Origin: Terriglobia bacterium
GTDB taxonomy: Bacteria; Acidobacteriota; Polarisedimenticolia; Polarisedimenticolales; JAIQFR01
Length of the DNA: 64,000 bases
Direction: 5' to 3'
NCBI GenBank assembly: GCA_963748015.1
Contig: CAVVHE010000004.1
Location: 2,112,001-2,176,000 of the forward strand
A program made the position numbers and the translations under genes. Below, piece by piece: positions 8,972 through 21,983 of this stretch (positions within the stretch are counted from its first letter, which is position 1; every line of letters begins with the position of its first letter). The notes below the pieces were generated by a model, which worked only from the letters and a program-made list of their open reading frames with translations, searched no databases and was not told the origin of the DNA.

Positions 8972-11010
8972 ATGAACGCGGGGGGCGTTCAGGGCGACCG
9001 GTACGTCCACCTCCGCCTACTGGGCGAGGGCGGAGCCGGGCGAGTCTCGCTCGTCGAGGACCGGCTCCGGGGAAGCGCCAAGCTCGCGCTGAAGGAGCTG
9101 GCCGAGGCCAGCCGGGGTCACGAGGACGATCTGCGGCGCGAGTTCGCGCTGCTCGCCTCGCTCCGCCATCCCAACCTCGTCGAGGTCCACGAGCTCGATC
9201 TGGACCCGCGCACCGGCCTCCCCCGATTCACGCTCGAGTACGTGGAGGGGCGCGACCTCGTCGCCGCGGTGCGCGCCGAGGGCCCGGACATCCTCCTCGA
9301 CCTCGCGGCCGAGGCGTTGCGCGCCCTCGCGTTCCTGCACGACTTCGGCCTGATCCACCGGGACCTCAAGCCCGGGAATCTCCTCGTGCGGTCGAAGGCA
9401 CGGCTCGGCTGCCGCCTCGTCGTGCTCGACTTCGGGCTCGCGCTGCGCGGCGGTGTCGAGGAGGGGGCCGGGGCGGGCCCGGCGGGGACGCTGCCCTATC
9501 TCGCGCCGGAGATCCTGGACGGACAACCCGCCGACCGCCGCACCGACCTCTACGCGCTCGGGGCCGTGTTCTTCGAGGCGATGCACGGCGCCGCTCCGTT
9601 CGCTCTCAAGGGAGGCGACCTCGCGGGATTCGTGGAGGCGGTTCGCGCGGGGCGCAGGGCGCGGCCGAAGCCTCCGGCGGGGGTCTATCCGGGCTTCTCG
9701 TCCTGGGTGGACGGCCTGCTCTCGCCGGACCCCGCGGACCGGCCCGCCGAGGCCGCGGAAGCGCTGGCTCGGCTGAACGCGATGTGCGGCGTCAGCCACA
9801 CCTACGCGACGCCGGCCAGCCGCGCCGCGCGTCTCGCGTCGGGGGCGCCGCCCGGGCGTGAGAAAGAGGTCGATGCGCTCTGGACTCACCTCTCCGGGTC
9901 CGACGGGCCGCGCGTCGTGTGGCTCGGCGGAGGGGCGGGAACCGGCAAGACGCGGCTCCTCCGGTGGCTGGCGAGCGACGGGGTGATGCGCGGATGGGAG
10001 GTCGTGGCTCCGCAGCCGGGCCTACCGCCGCAGGCGAGCCCCGACGAGAGCGTCGGCGACCTCCTCGGGCGGCTCCGCGCGCGGGCGGCGCGCGGCAAGG
10101 TCCTCGTCCTCCTCGACCAGGTGGAGACGGCCTCGGGACGGGCCGCCGAATTCCTGGAGCGCGCGGCGCGGGAAGGGCGCGCGGCGCCGCTCTGCGTCGT
10201 GGCCGCGGTGCGACCGGGAGAGCTGAAGCACCCCGCCCTGAAGCGGCTGCTCGCCGACACGGGAATCGTGCCGACCCTGCGGCGCGTGGACCTCGATCCG
10301 CTCGACGCGGCGGCGGTGCGCGCGCTCGCCGAGCGCGCGACCGGGAGCGGCGCGATCTCGGACGCGCGGGTGAAGTGGCTGCTCGAGGCGTCCGAGGGGA
10401 ACCCGCTCGCCGTCGAGGCGTTGCTGGTGGAAGGAGTCTGGGAGCGAGGCGGCCGAACGCGGAAGGTCCTCGCCATGGACCGGTCCGCGGTGGGGCGCCT
10501 CGAGCTGCTGAGCCCGGCCGGGCGCGCGTGGCTCGAGGCCCTGTCGGTGCTCGGCGAAGGGACCGAGGCGGCCGTTGCTGGTCGGCTCGCGGACCTGGAG
10601 GAGGGGGCGGCCGCCGAAGCAGCCGCCGAGGCCTCGGCTTCGGGTCTTGCCCGCGCGAAGGAAGCGCGCTGGTCGCCGGATTCCCGGTCGGTGTCCGAGC
10701 AAGTCCTGCGCGACATCGAGCCCGACCGCCGCCGCGCCCTCCACCGGCGAGGCGCGGAGCTGCTCGTCACGGTCTCGGGGGACGAAGCCGATCCGTGGCA
10801 CCTGGCCCGACTCTGGAGCGGCGCCGACGAGCGCGACCGGGCCGTCGAATTCGCCGTGAAGGCCGCGGAAGCCGCGCTGGCCTCGGGAGATCCTTCGAGC
10901 GCGGCCGACAGGTACGCGTTCGCCTTGAGGCACCTCGCACGCCGCCACGCACGCCGTCGCGAGCTCAGGCTCGCGCAAGGACACGCGCTGGCAGTTGCGG
11001 GCTTTCACTC
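8972..11010 (+). CDS. N-terminal part of a multidomain regulator: Hanks-type Ser/Thr kinase + STAND/AAA ATPase + start of TPR region
   Basis: Kinase motifs GEGGAG, LALK, HRDLKPGN, DFG and GTLPYLAPE; then Walker A GGAGTGKT, Walker B VLLDQVE and GNPL. The frame loses protein-like character near 11010. Confidence 0.85.
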
Positions 11011-12137
11011 GGAACGATCAGGGCGTTCGGCGCCGCGGCGGCCCTGTCGCGCTCGCCCGCGGAGCGCGCAGAGTGCCTCGCGCATCAAGCGCAGGCGCTC
11101 GTCTACGCCGGGCGATTCCGGCTCGGGCAGGAGATGGCTGCCCGTGCGCTCCCCCTCGCGCGCGAGGCGAAGCAGCCCCTCGTCGAGGCTCGCGCGGAGA
11201 TGGCCCTTGGGACGGCTCTCGGACGTGCAGGATCGGCCGGAGGAGGCCATTCCCGTTCTCGAGACGGCTCTGGCGACGTTCGAGCGTCACAGGGAGATCT
11301 GTTGGGCCAGGCAGAGACCCTGCAGAGGCTCGCGAGCTGCTCCGGAAATCTGCAGAGACCCGACGCCGAGGATTTCCAATCCGATCGGCCGGTCTATACG
11401 TCGCGGCCGGACGACCTGAGCGTCGCTTCACTCCGCTGATCGGATTGTCGATCACCCGCCAACGGCAGAGACGATTCGAGGAAGAGCCGACCGCGATCCT
11501 CGAGGACATCAGAGTTCACGCCGCGGGTCGCTGGGTCAGAGTTGGTCCGCACTGCAATTGGCCCTTTCGCGACTGGCTGCCGTCTCGCTGCGCCTGCGAC
11601 GATTGGATCGCGCGATCGACCTCGCGACCGAGGCCGGCGGATCACGCCCTCCATCTGGGTGACAGAGCACGTACATGACCTGTCTGATACCTGTGCGCCG
11701 CCGCCCTCGTCAACGCGGGCCGTCCCTTCGAGGCCATCGCCAAACTCAAGACGGCGCTCGACGGCTCGCTCGAGGGGATCGAACCGGCGAGAATCCACTA
11801 TCTGCCGGATGACGATCGTGGAAGCGATGATGTCCGTGCCATCGCCGGACCAGGACGCAATCCGGGATCTGAGCGCTGCGATGGTCAAGGGCTGCCGAGA
11901 GGGCCAGGAACCTCGAGGTATTTTCGCTTCCCTGATCGTCGAGATGGCGCGGCGGGCGATGCCCGACTGCGTCGATCCGTACGAGCCGATCCGCGCCGAA
12001 TTCGATGCGACGGTCGCCGCAACGAGGAGTGGAGATCGACCCCGAGCTGAGGAGTCGCGCGGATTCTCAAGGCTACCGTCCTCCTTCGGCGCGGGGACGT
12101 CGAAGGAGGCCGGCTCGCGGCGAGCGCCGCGGCGGAG
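11011..12137 (+). pseudogene. Multiply frameshifted TPR-like middle segment of the kinase-bEBP gene (decay or sequencing/assembly error)
   Basis: TPR-like fragments alternate between frames (ERAECLAHQAQALVYAGRF; PEEAIPVLETALATFERH; GDLLGQAETLQRLA), with no continuous ORF between the two intact halves. Confidence 0.65.
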
Positions 12138-13844
<1,707 letters not shown>

Positions 13845-14013
13845 ATTCACATTTGCATTTTCATAATCATGCATAGTCAATCAGTGCTCGATTTTGCGCC
13901 GTTTTCCGGACTCTCCGGGTTCCCCGTACCAACAGCGTAATCGCCCTGGCGAGTCACCTTCGCCGTTGTCGGCGTAGGCCGCCGTTACAACCCGGGCGTT
14001 ACCCATTTCACTA

Positions 14014-14041
14014 TTGAATCTCATTTTGAGAATGGTACATT
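14014..14041 (+). promoter_or_regulatory. Putative sigma70-type promoter TTGAAT-N16-TACATT (extended -10 TG) with a TCTCA-N3-TGAGA palindrome in the spacer
   Basis: Sequence ttgaatctcattttgagaatggtacatt in an AT-rich intergenic region, 60 bp upstream of AGGAG-N6-ATG 14102. Confidence 0.45.
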
Positions 14042-14101
14042 CGACTGTGAACATGAAGACGAAACGCCACTCATCGCATACTTCCTGATTAGGAGTTAAA
14101 T

Positions 14102-14476
14102 ATGCGAACCAGGCCGACTCGAACCTCGATGCTTCTCGCCACCGCGCTGGTGCTCTTCGCTGCGATGCCGTCGCTCGCGTTCGCGGACACCGCGATCTGG
14201 TCGGCGGCGCCCGCCGCGGTTCAGTCGTCGCCTAACGTGGTGAGTGTCGCGGTGACCTACGCGGGCAGGAACCCCGCGACGGGCGCCGTGACCGTTCAGG
14301 CCGTGGTGGACGGGGTCGTGATCACCAGCTACGTGCCGGTCTCGCTCTTGTCGGGGCAGACCTTGGTGGTCCCGGTGGCCTTCGCCGGAACCGTGCAGAA
14401 CGTGATGAGCGTCTCGGCCGGCGGCGGGTCGCCCGTCACGGTCAGCGTGATCGGCGACGATTTGAATCCATTCTGA
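14102..14476 (+). CDS. Small secreted beta-rich hypothetical protein
   Basis: Strong RBS; signal peptide ending AFA|D; V/T/S/A/G-rich mature part ending IGDDLNPF; followed by a terminator. Confidence 0.75.
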   Translation: MRTRPTRTSMLLATALVLFAAMPSLAFADTAIWSAAPAAVQSSPNVVSVAVTYAGRNPATGAVTVQAVVDGVVITSYVPVSLLSGQTLVVPVAFAGTVQNVMSVSAGGGSPVTVSVIGDDLNPF

Positions 14477-14526
14477 CTCTTGCTAGTGACTGGCTCCCCT
14501 GCCCCCCACGGGAGCCCGGTCCCTTA

Positions 14527-14578
14527 GGCGTCCGCCAGCTCCTTCACGGGTCCGATGCTGGCGGACGCCGTTTTTTTT
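14527..14578 (+). terminator. Rho-independent terminator
   Basis: 13-bp stem ggcgtccgccagc/gctggcggacgcc followed by a T8 run. Confidence 0.8.
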
Positions 14579-14656
14579 CCGCCGCTCGACTTTCCCGCTC
14601 CAAACACCCGCCCACGGTCTGGCATCATCTTCCCGGGCCGATGCTCCCCGTGAGCC

Positions 14657-15184
14657 GTGAGCCCGGAGCGCTGCACCGTGATCTTCCGGATCGACAAGAC
14701 CTGGGATGGGCTTCCGATCGAACCCGGCGAGGCGGCCCGCACGGAGATCTTCGCCGACCGCGACCGCGTGGTCGTGAGCGTCGAGTCGCCGTTCCACGCC
14801 GATCCGCCTCCCGCCTCCCCGCCGGGTCCGACCGACCGCCTCTGGGAGCACGAGGTCGTCGAGGTCTTTCTGCTCGGCCGCGACGACGCCTACCTCGAGC
14901 TCGAGCTGGGGCCTCACGGACACCACCTCGTCCTCGAGCTTCGGGGAGTCCGGAACGTCGTGCGGCGCGGCCTACCGCTCGACTACCGGAGCCGGATCGA
15001 AGGCTCCCGCTGGAGCGGCGTGGCGACGTTCCCGCGCGCCTGGCTTCCCGCGGGCCTCGACCGGGGCAATGCGTACGCGATCCACGGCGCGGGACGGTCG
15101 CGGCGCCACCTCGCCGCGTTCCCGGTCCCGGGCGACGCCCCCGACTTCCACCGCCTCGCCGACTTCGGCGCGTTCAGCTTCTAG
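14657..15184 (+). CDS. Hypothetical protein, UPF0462 (C4orf33)/DOMON-like
   Basis: LWEHEVVEVFL...YLELELGPHGHHLVL...NAYAIHG...PDFHRL pattern. Confidence 0.65.
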   Translation: MSPERCTVIFRIDKTWDGLPIEPGEAARTEIFADRDRVVVSVESPFHADPPPASPPGPTDRLWEHEVVEVFLLGRDDAYLELELGPHGHHLVLELRGVRNVVRRGLPLDYRSRIEGSRWSGVATFPRAWLPAGLDRGNAYAIHGAGRSRRHLAAFPVPGDAPDFHRLADFGAFSF

Positions 15185-15292
15185 AGGTCGCGCGGGCCTT
15201 TGCGGGCCTACCTCGCTTCGGGTAGATTGGCCGAACGACGACCGTTTCGCGGCGGGACGGAGAGAAAGCCCGAGCACCAAGGAGGAATCGCG

Positions 15293-17578
15293 ATGGCCGT
15301 GATCGAGAGCACGCCGGACTTCGTGAAGACGGCTTACGGCAAGATCGAGAGGAACCTCGAGATCGTCCGGGAGCGGCTTCGCCGGCCGCTGACGCTCGCC
15401 GAGAAGGTGCTTCTCGGCCACCTCGCCGACCCCGCCAAGGCCGACCTGCGCCCCGGCGAGAGCTACCTCGGGCTCCGGCCCGACCGGGTCGCGATGCAGG
15501 ACGCCACCGCGCAGATGGCGATCCTCCAGTTCGGCCAGGCCGGCATCCCGCGCGTCGCGGTGCCGACCACGGTCCACTGCGATCACCTGATCCGCGCGCA
15601 CGACGGCGCCGAGAAGGACACCGCCCGCGCGATCGACGAGAACCGGGAGGTTTACGATTTCCTCAGGACCGCGTCGGGCCGCTACGGGATCGGCTTCTGG
15701 AAGCCCGGCGCCGGGATCATCCACCAGGTCGTGCTGGAGAACTACGCGTTCCCCGGCGGGATGATGATCGGGACCGACTCGCACACGCCGAACGCGGGCG
15801 GCCTCGGGATGTTCGCCTCGGGGGTCGGCGGCGCCGACGCCGTCGACGTCATGGCCGGCTTCCCGTGGGAGGTGAAGTACCCGAAGATCATCGGCGTGCG
15901 GCTGACCGGGAAGCTCTCCGGCTGGACCGCGCCCAAGGACGTGATCCTCCTCCTGTGCGGCATCCTGACCGTCAAGGGCGGGACCAACGCGGTCATCGAG
16001 TACTTCGGCCCGGGCGTCGGGTCGATCTCCTGCACCGGCAAGGCGACGATCACCAACATGGGCGCCGAGCTGGGCGCGACGACCTCGATCTTCCCGTTCG
16101 ACGCCACGATGGACGCGTACCTGCGCGGGACCTCTCGGGCGGCGCTGGCCGACCTCGCCCTCGCGCACGGCGGCCTCCTCGCCGCCGACCCCGAGGTCGA
16201 GCGGGACCCCGGCAAGTTCTTCTCGCGCGTCGTCGAGATCGACCTCTCGACCCTCGAGCCGCACCTCGTCGGCCCGCACACCCCCGACCTGGCCCGCCCG
16301 GTCTCGAAAATGGCCGAGGCGGTCGCGAAGGAAGGGTATCCCGACGAGATCTCGGTCGCGCTGATCGGCTCGTGCACCAACTCGTCCTACGAGGACATCT
16401 CGCGCGTCGCCGACGTGGTGCGCCAGGCGAAGGCTCGCGGGATGCGCGCGGTGGCCCCGTTCCTGGTCACCCCCGGCTCCGAGCAGATCCGCGCGACGAT
16501 CGCGCGGGACGGGCAGCTCGAGCAGCTCGAGTCGGTCGGGGGCCAGGTCCTCGCCAACGCCTGCGGGCCCTGCATCGGGCAGTGGCAGCGCGACGAGCTG
16601 AAGCCGGGGGTCAAGAACACGATCGTCACCTCGTTCAACCGGAACTTCCCGCGCCGCAACGACGGCAGCCCCGACACGCTGGCGTTCATCGGCAGCCCCG
16701 AGATCGTCGCCGCTTACGCCATCGCCGGCCGCCTGTCGTGGAACCCGCTGACCGATCCGCTCGAGGCCCCCGACGGGACGAAGTTCCGCCTCGCGGCCCC
16801 CGGCGCCGCGCCGGACCTCCCCGCGGGCGGCTTCGTCCGCGACGAGCACGGCTACCTCGCTCCCCCGGAGGACGGCAGCCGCGTCGACGTCCACGTTTCC
16901 CCGGACAGCAAGCGCCTGCAGCTCCTCTCGCCGTTCGCCCCGTGGGACGGGAAGAGCTTCGAGAAGCTGCCGCTGCTCGTGAAGGCCAAGGGGAAGTGCA
17001 CCACGGACCACATCTCCCCCGCGGGCCCCTGGCTGCGCTTCCGCGGCCACCTCGACAACATCTCGGACAACATGTTCATCGGGGCGGCGAACGCGTTCTC
17101 GGGAGAGGCGGGAAAAACGCGGAACCCGCTCACCGGCGAGGCCGGGCAAGCCGTCCCGGCCGTCGCGCGCGCTCTCAAGGCCCAGGGGATCCGCTGGATC
17201 GTCGTCGGCGACGAGAACTACGGCGAGGGCTCGAGCCGCGAGCACGCGGCGATGTCCCCGCGCCACCTCGGGGCCGCCGCGGTGATCGTCCGCTCGTTCG
17301 CCCGGATCCACGAGTCGAACCTGAAGAAGCAGGGGATCCTTCCGCTCACGTTCGCGGAGCCGGCGGACTACGACAAGGTGCGGGAGACCGACCGGATCAG
17401 CGTCCTCGGACTCGAGGACTTGGCGCCGGGCAAGCCCCTGGCGGCGGTCCTCCACCACGACGACGGCTCGGAGGACCGCATCTCGCTGAAGCACACGCTC
17501 AACGACGAGCAGATCGGCTGGTTCCGCGCCGGCTCGGCGCTGAACGTCCTGAAGCGGCACGGCGGCGCGAGCGCCTAG
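15293..17578 (+). CDS. acnA: Aconitate hydratase (mitochondrial-type aconitase)
   Basis: [77 protein letters not shown] and [22 protein letters not shown]. Confidence 0.96.
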   Translation: MAVIESTPDFVKTAYGKIERNLEIVRERLRRPLTLAEKVLLGHLADPAKADLRPGESYLGLRPDRVAMQDATAQMAILQFGQAGIPRVAVPTTVHCDHLIRAHDGAEKDTARAIDENREVYDFLRTASGRYGIGFWKPGAGIIHQVVLENYAFPGGMMIGTDSHTPNAGGLGMFASGVGGADAVDVMAGFPWEVKYPKIIGVRLTGKLSGWTAPKDVILLLCGILTVKGGTNAVIEYFGPGVGSISCTGKATITNMGAELGATTSIFPFDATMDAYLRGTSRAALADLALAHGGLLAADPEVERDPGKFFSRVVEIDLSTLEPHLVGPHTPDLARPVSKMAEAVAKEGYPDEISVALIGSCTNSSYEDISRVADVVRQAKARGMRAVAPFLVTPGSEQIRATIARDGQLEQLESVGGQVLANACGPCIGQWQRDELKPGVKNTIVTSFNRNFPRRNDGSPDTLAFIGSPEIVAAYAIAGRLSWNPLTDPLEAPDGTKFRLAAPGAAPDLPAGGFVRDEHGYLAPPEDGSRVDVHVSPDSKRLQLLSPFAPWDGKSFEKLPLLVKAKGKCTTDHISPAGPWLRFRGHLDNISDNMFIGAANAFSGEAGKTRNPLTGEAGQAVPAVARALKAQGIRWIVVGDENYGEGSSREHAAMSPRHLGAAAVIVRSFARIHESNLKKQGILPLTFAEPADYDKVRETDRISVLGLEDLAPGKPLAAVLHHDDGSEDRISLKHTLNDEQIGWFRAGSALNVLKRHGGASA

Positions 17579-17590
17579 CCCGGATCGAGC

Positions 17591-18547
17591 ATGTCGAGCC
17601 GCCCCGATCCCAAGGCCGCCGAGCGCTCCGGCGCGCTCCGCTGCGCGGGCCTCGTCAAGCGATACGCCGACGTCGTCGCGGTCGCCGGGCTCGACCTCGA
17701 GATCTCGTACCGCGAGTGCTTCGGCCTCCTCGGCCCGAACGGCGCCGGGAAGACCACCACGGTCGAGATCCTCGAGGGCCTGACCTCTCCCGACGAGGGG
17801 ACGGTCGAGATCCTCGGCGACCGCTGGGGAGGCGGCGGCGACCACGCGCTGCGGGAGCGGCTGGGCATCCAGCTCCAGGAGACGCAGCTCCCCGAGAAGC
17901 TCACGGTCGAGGAGACCGCGAGGCTCTTCCGCAGCTTCTACCGCCGCGGGCGGAGCGTGGACGAGATCATCGCGCGCGTCGGGCTCGAGGAGAAGCGCAA
18001 GGGCCGCGTCGGCAAGCTCTCGGGAGGCCAGAAGCAGCGTCTCGCCCTCGCCTGCGCACTGGTGAGCGACCCCGAGCTGCTCTTCCTCGACGAGCCGACG
18101 ACCGGCCTCGATCCCCAGGCGCGCCTCAAGGTGTGGGAGATCGTGGAAGGGTTCCGGGAGGCCGGCGGGACCGTGCTCCTCACGACCCACTACATGGAGG
18201 AGGCTGCGCGCCTCTGCGACCGGGTGGCGATCATGGACCACGGCAAGATCATCGCGCTCGGCACGCCGGCCGAGCTGATCGCGTCGCTCGGAGGAAGACA
18301 GATCGTCGAGTTCCGGACGCAGGGAGAACCGGACGGCGCCGGTCTCGAGCGGCTTCCCGGCGTGAGGTCGGTGTCCCGGAAGGACAGCGGCTTCATGCTC
18401 GCGGTCGAGGAGATCGGGACCGCGCTCCCCGCGCTGTTCGCCGAGCTCGGCCGGCACGGCATCCGCGTCGAGACGCTGCGGACGCACCAGGCGTCCCTCG
18501 AGGACGTGTTCGTCCACCTCACGGGACGGGAGCTCCGCAATGAGTGA
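17591..18547 (+). CDS. ABC transporter ATP-binding protein (ABC-2/DrrA type)
   Basis: GPNGAGKTT, LSGGQKQR, LFLDEPTTGLDP and TTHYMEEA. Confidence 0.95.
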   Translation: MSSRPDPKAAERSGALRCAGLVKRYADVVAVAGLDLEISYRECFGLLGPNGAGKTTTVEILEGLTSPDEGTVEILGDRWGGGGDHALRERLGIQLQETQLPEKLTVEETARLFRSFYRRGRSVDEIIARVGLEEKRKGRVGKLSGGQKQRLALACALVSDPELLFLDEPTTGLDPQARLKVWEIVEGFREAGGTVLLTTHYMEEAARLCDRVAIMDHGKIIALGTPAELIASLGGRQIVEFRTQGEPDGAGLERLPGVRSVSRKDSGFMLAVEEIGTALPALFAELGRHGIRVETLRTHQASLEDVFVHLTGRELRNE

Positions 18548-19601
18548 GCGGCCCCACCCCCTGCTCGAGCTGACCCGGTCGCGCATCCTCGAGTTCGTGC
18601 GCGAGCCCGAAGCGCTCTTCTGGGTGTTCGTGTTCCCGGTCCTGATGGCGGTCGTGCTCGGCATCGCGTTTCGCAACCGCCCGGTGGACGTCGCGCGCGT
18701 GGCGGTCACCGAGGAGCCGCCCGGCGCCGCGCGCCTCTTCGACCAGCTCAAGCGCTCGCCGGGCATCGACGCGCGCTTCCTCCCCTCGCTCGAGGCCGAG
18801 GAGGCCCTTCGCAAGGGGCGGGTGGACGTGATCGTGATCGCTGCGGGAGAGGCTCCCGACGGCCGCCCCGCCGTCGCCTACCGGTTCGACGCGACGCGCC
18901 CCGAGAGCCTCGCGTCCCGGCACGCCGCCGACGAGGCGCTGCAGCGGGCCGCGGGGCGAGGGGACGCGCTCGCGACCGCCGAGCAGCCGGTGACCGAGCC
19001 GGGGTCTCGCTACGTGGACTTCCTGATCCCGGGCCTCGTCGGGCTCAACCTGATGGGGAGCGGCATGTGGGGGATCGGCTTCTCGGTGGTGGTGGCGCGC
19101 ACGCGGAAGCTGCTCAAGCGCTTCGCGGCCACCCCGATGCGCAGGTCGCACTACCTGCTCTCGTTCGCGTTCTCGCGCCTCCTCTTCCTGACGCTCGAGG
19201 TGGTGGCCGTCATGGCCTTCGCGTGGGTCGCCTTCGGCGTGCGCGTGCGGGGGTCGCTCGTCGACGTCGCGATCGTGACGCTGCTCGGCGCCATGACGTT
19301 CGCGGGCCTCGGGCTCCTCGTCGCGGCCCGGCCGACCACGATCGAAGCCGTGCAGGGCTGGATGAACGCGGTGATGCTGCCGATGTGGCTGCTCTCGGGG
19401 ACCTTCTTCTCCTACGAGCGGTTCCCGGCCTTCCTCCACCCCGCGCTCCGCGCGCTTCCCCTCACCGCGCTGAACGACGCGCTCCGCGCCGTCGTCAACG
19501 ACGGCGCCTCGCTCGCCACGCGCTGGCCGGACCTGCTCGTCCTTCTGGCGTGGGGCAGCGTGAGCTTCGTCCTCGCCCTGCGGCTCTTCCGCTGGCAGTA
19601 G
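18540..19601 (+). CDS. ABC-2 type transporter permease
   Basis: Multiple TM segments, RYVDFLIPG and LSGTFFS; overlaps the ATPase stop. Confidence 0.92.
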   Translation: MSERPHPLLELTRSRILEFVREPEALFWVFVFPVLMAVVLGIAFRNRPVDVARVAVTEEPPGAARLFDQLKRSPGIDARFLPSLEAEEALRKGRVDVIVIAAGEAPDGRPAVAYRFDATRPESLASRHAADEALQRAAGRGDALATAEQPVTEPGSRYVDFLIPGLVGLNLMGSGMWGIGFSVVVARTRKLLKRFAATPMRRSHYLLSFAFSRLLFLTLEVVAVMAFAWVAFGVRVRGSLVDVAIVTLLGAMTFAGLGLLVAARPTTIEAVQGWMNAVMLPMWLLSGTFFSYERFPAFLHPALRALPLTALNDALRAVVNDGASLATRWPDLLVLLAWGSVSFVLALRLFRWQ

Positions 19602-19605
19602 GCGC

Positions 19606-21819
19606 TCAGGGCGCCGGGACCAGCACAACCGCCGACAGCGGCGGGAGGGAGATGACCACGGACTGGTGCTGGCCGTGCATGGGGACCGGCTCGGTCCAGG
19701 CCTCCTCGAAATGGCCGTAGCCGCTCCCGCCGTACGCGGCGTCGTCCGTCGAGATCCGCGGGGCATAGCGGCCCGCCCACGGCGCCCCGATCCGGTATCC
19801 GTCGCGGGGCACCGGGGTGAGGTTGAGGATCACGAGGGCATGGCTCTCGCCGTCGCGGCGGACGTAGGACAACACGGAGCTCGCGGCGTCGTTGCAGTCG
19901 ATCCAGGCGAAGCCCCACGGGTCGGGATCCGAGCGCCAGAGGCAGGTCGTTCCGATGTAGAGCTTTCCGAGCTCCTCGACGAAGCGGCGGAACGCCCCCC
20001 GCATCGGGTCCCACTCGAGGTGCCAGTCGAGGCTCACGTCGTGGTTCCACTCGTTCCACGGCGCAAGCTCGGTCCCCATGAACAGCAGCTTCTTCCCCGG
20101 ACGCGTGTACTGGTAGGTGAGGAGCAGCCTCAGGTTCGCGAACTTCTGCCAGACGTCGCCGGGCATCTTGTCGAGCAGCGCGCGCTTGCCGTGCACCACC
20201 TCGTCGTGGGACAGCGGGTTCACGAACTGCTCCGTGTGCTCGTAGAGCATCGCGAAGGTCAGGTCGTTCTGGTGGAACCTGCGGTGGATCGGCTCCTTGC
20301 CGAAGTAGGTCAGGGTGTCGTGCATCCACCCCATGTTCCACTTGAACGTGAACCCGAGCCCGCCGTCCAGGACCGGCCGACTCACGCCTCCCCAGGCCGT
20401 GGACTCCTCGGCGATCGTGATGCACCCCGGCTGTTCGATCCGCACCGTCTCGTTCATCGTCTTGATGAACTCGAGGGCCTCGAGGTTCTCCCGCCCCCCA
20501 AAGCGGTTCGGAAGCCACTCCCCTTCCTTGCGGCTGTAGTCGAGGTAGAGCATCGAGGCGACCGCATCCACGCGGAGACCGTCCACGTGCATCTCGTCGA
20601 GCCAGTACAGCGCGTTGGCGATCAGGAAGTTCCGGACCTCGGTCCGGCCGTAGTTGAAGATCAGGGTCCCCCAGTCGGGATGCTCGCCGAGCCGAGGGTC
20701 CTCGTGCTCGTAGAGCGCGGTCCCGTCGAACCTCCGCAGCGCGAAGTCGTCCTTCGGGAAGTGCGCCGGGACCCAGTCCACCACGACGCCGATGCCGTTC
20801 CGGTGGCAGTGGTCCACGAAGAAGCGGAAGTCGTCCGGCGTGCCGAAGCGGGCCGTCGGCGCGTAGTAGGCGGAGACCTGGTATCCCCACGAGCCGGCGA
20901 ACGGGTGCTCCGCGACCGGCATCAGCTCGATGTGCGTGAAGCCGAGCCGCTTGACGTGGTCCACGAGCCGCGGCGCGAGCTCGCGGTAGGTCAGGAAGCG
21001 GCTCCCCTCCTCGGGAACGCGGGCCCAGGAGCCGAGGTGGACCTCGTAGAACGCCACCGGCTCCCTCCGCGCGTTCCGTGAGCGCCGGGCCTGCATCCAC
21101 TCCCCGTCCCCCCAGGCGTACGAGGACGCGAAGACGCGGGACGCGGTGCTCGGCGGGATCTCCATCGAGAAGGCGAACGGGTCGGACTTGAGCCGGAGCG
21201 CCCCGTCCTGCGTCTTGATCTCGAACTTGTAGAGCGTGCCGGACGCGATCCCCGGGACGAACAGCTCGAATACCCCCGAGCTGCCGAGGACCCGCATCGG
21301 GAGATGCCTGCCGTCCCAGCCGCAGAAGTCCCCCACGACGCTCACGCGCCTGGCACTCGGCGCCCACACCGCGAAGGCGACCCCGTCGACACCGTCGATC
21401 TTGCGGGGATGCGCTCCCATGCACTCCCACAGGCGCCGGTGGGTCCCCTCGTTGAACAGGTGGAGATCCACCTCGCCGAGCGTCGGCAGGAACCGGTAGG
21501 GGTCCTCGCGCTCCCAGCTCCCGCCGTCCTTGGACCAGAAGCGGATCCGGTAGCGGAACGGAAGGCGCGCGCCGGGCACGAACGCCGCGAACAGGCCGCC
21601 TTCCGCCGCGCGCGTCATGCCGACGCTCGATCCATCCTCGAACAGGCACTCGGCGCCGGCGGCTTCCGCGTGCATCACGCGGATCACGACACCCTCCTGG
21701 GCGCCGGCCGCCGCCGGGTGGGCGCCGAGGATGCGGTGAGGCTCGCTGTGGTCGCCGCCGAGGAGGCTCTCGGCCTCCGCCTCGCCGACCCTCAGGATGT
21801 CCAGGATGGCCTGCGTCAT
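19606..21819 (-). CDS. glgB: 1,4-alpha-glucan branching enzyme
   Basis: FAVWAP, YEVHLGSW, GFTHIELMPVAEHP, SWGYQ, DWVPAHFP, GLRVDAVASMLYLDYSR, AEESTAW and LSHDEVVHGK; start at ATG 21819 (MTQAILD). Confidence 0.96.
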   Translation of the reverse strand: MTQAILDILRVGEAEAESLLGGDHSEPHRILGAHPAAAGAQEGVVIRVMHAEAAGAECLFEDGSSVGMTRAAEGGLFAAFVPGARLPFRYRIRFWSKDGGSWEREDPYRFLPTLGEVDLHLFNEGTHRRLWECMGAHPRKIDGVDGVAFAVWAPSARRVSVVGDFCGWDGRHLPMRVLGSSGVFELFVPGIASGTLYKFEIKTQDGALRLKSDPFAFSMEIPPSTASRVFASSYAWGDGEWMQARRSRNARREPVAFYEVHLGSWARVPEEGSRFLTYRELAPRLVDHVKRLGFTHIELMPVAEHPFAGSWGYQVSAYYAPTARFGTPDDFRFFVDHCHRNGIGVVVDWVPAHFPKDDFALRRFDGTALYEHEDPRLGEHPDWGTLIFNYGRTEVRNFLIANALYWLDEMHVDGLRVDAVASMLYLDYSRKEGEWLPNRFGGRENLEALEFIKTMNETVRIEQPGCITIAEESTAWGGVSRPVLDGGLGFTFKWNMGWMHDTLTYFGKEPIHRRFHQNDLTFAMLYEHTEQFVNPLSHDEVVHGKRALLDKMPGDVWQKFANLRLLLTYQYTRPGKKLLFMGTELAPWNEWNHDVSLDWHLEWDPMRGAFRRFVEELGKLYIGTTCLWRSDPDPWGFAWIDCNDAASSVLSYVRRDGESHALVILNLTPVPRDGYRIGAPWAGRYAPRISTDDAAYGGSGYGHFEEAWTEPVPMHGQHQSVVISLPPLSAVVLVPAP

Positions 21820-21983
21820 GGTCGCTCCCGCCCCAGGCCGGGGAAGAACTCTCCGCAGCGCGGGAGCATAGGCGACCCCGGCGGCGCCCGCAAGCGCCGG
21901 CGCGCGGCGACCTTGGCTCCCCGCGAGGCCGCGTGCGATCATACCCCGGCGCGCCGCATCCGGTCGCGCGGACGGGAGGCGGC

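Noticed and set aside
11011..12137. Diversity-generating retroelement or programmed frameshifting as the cause of the disrupted segment
   Set aside because: No reverse transcriptase or template/variable repeat pair is visible, and there are too many scattered indels for programmed recoding.
14972..18814. 1280-aa minus-strand ORF
   Set aside because: Antisense shadow of aconitase and the ABC genes, expected in high-GC DNA; no recognisable motifs.
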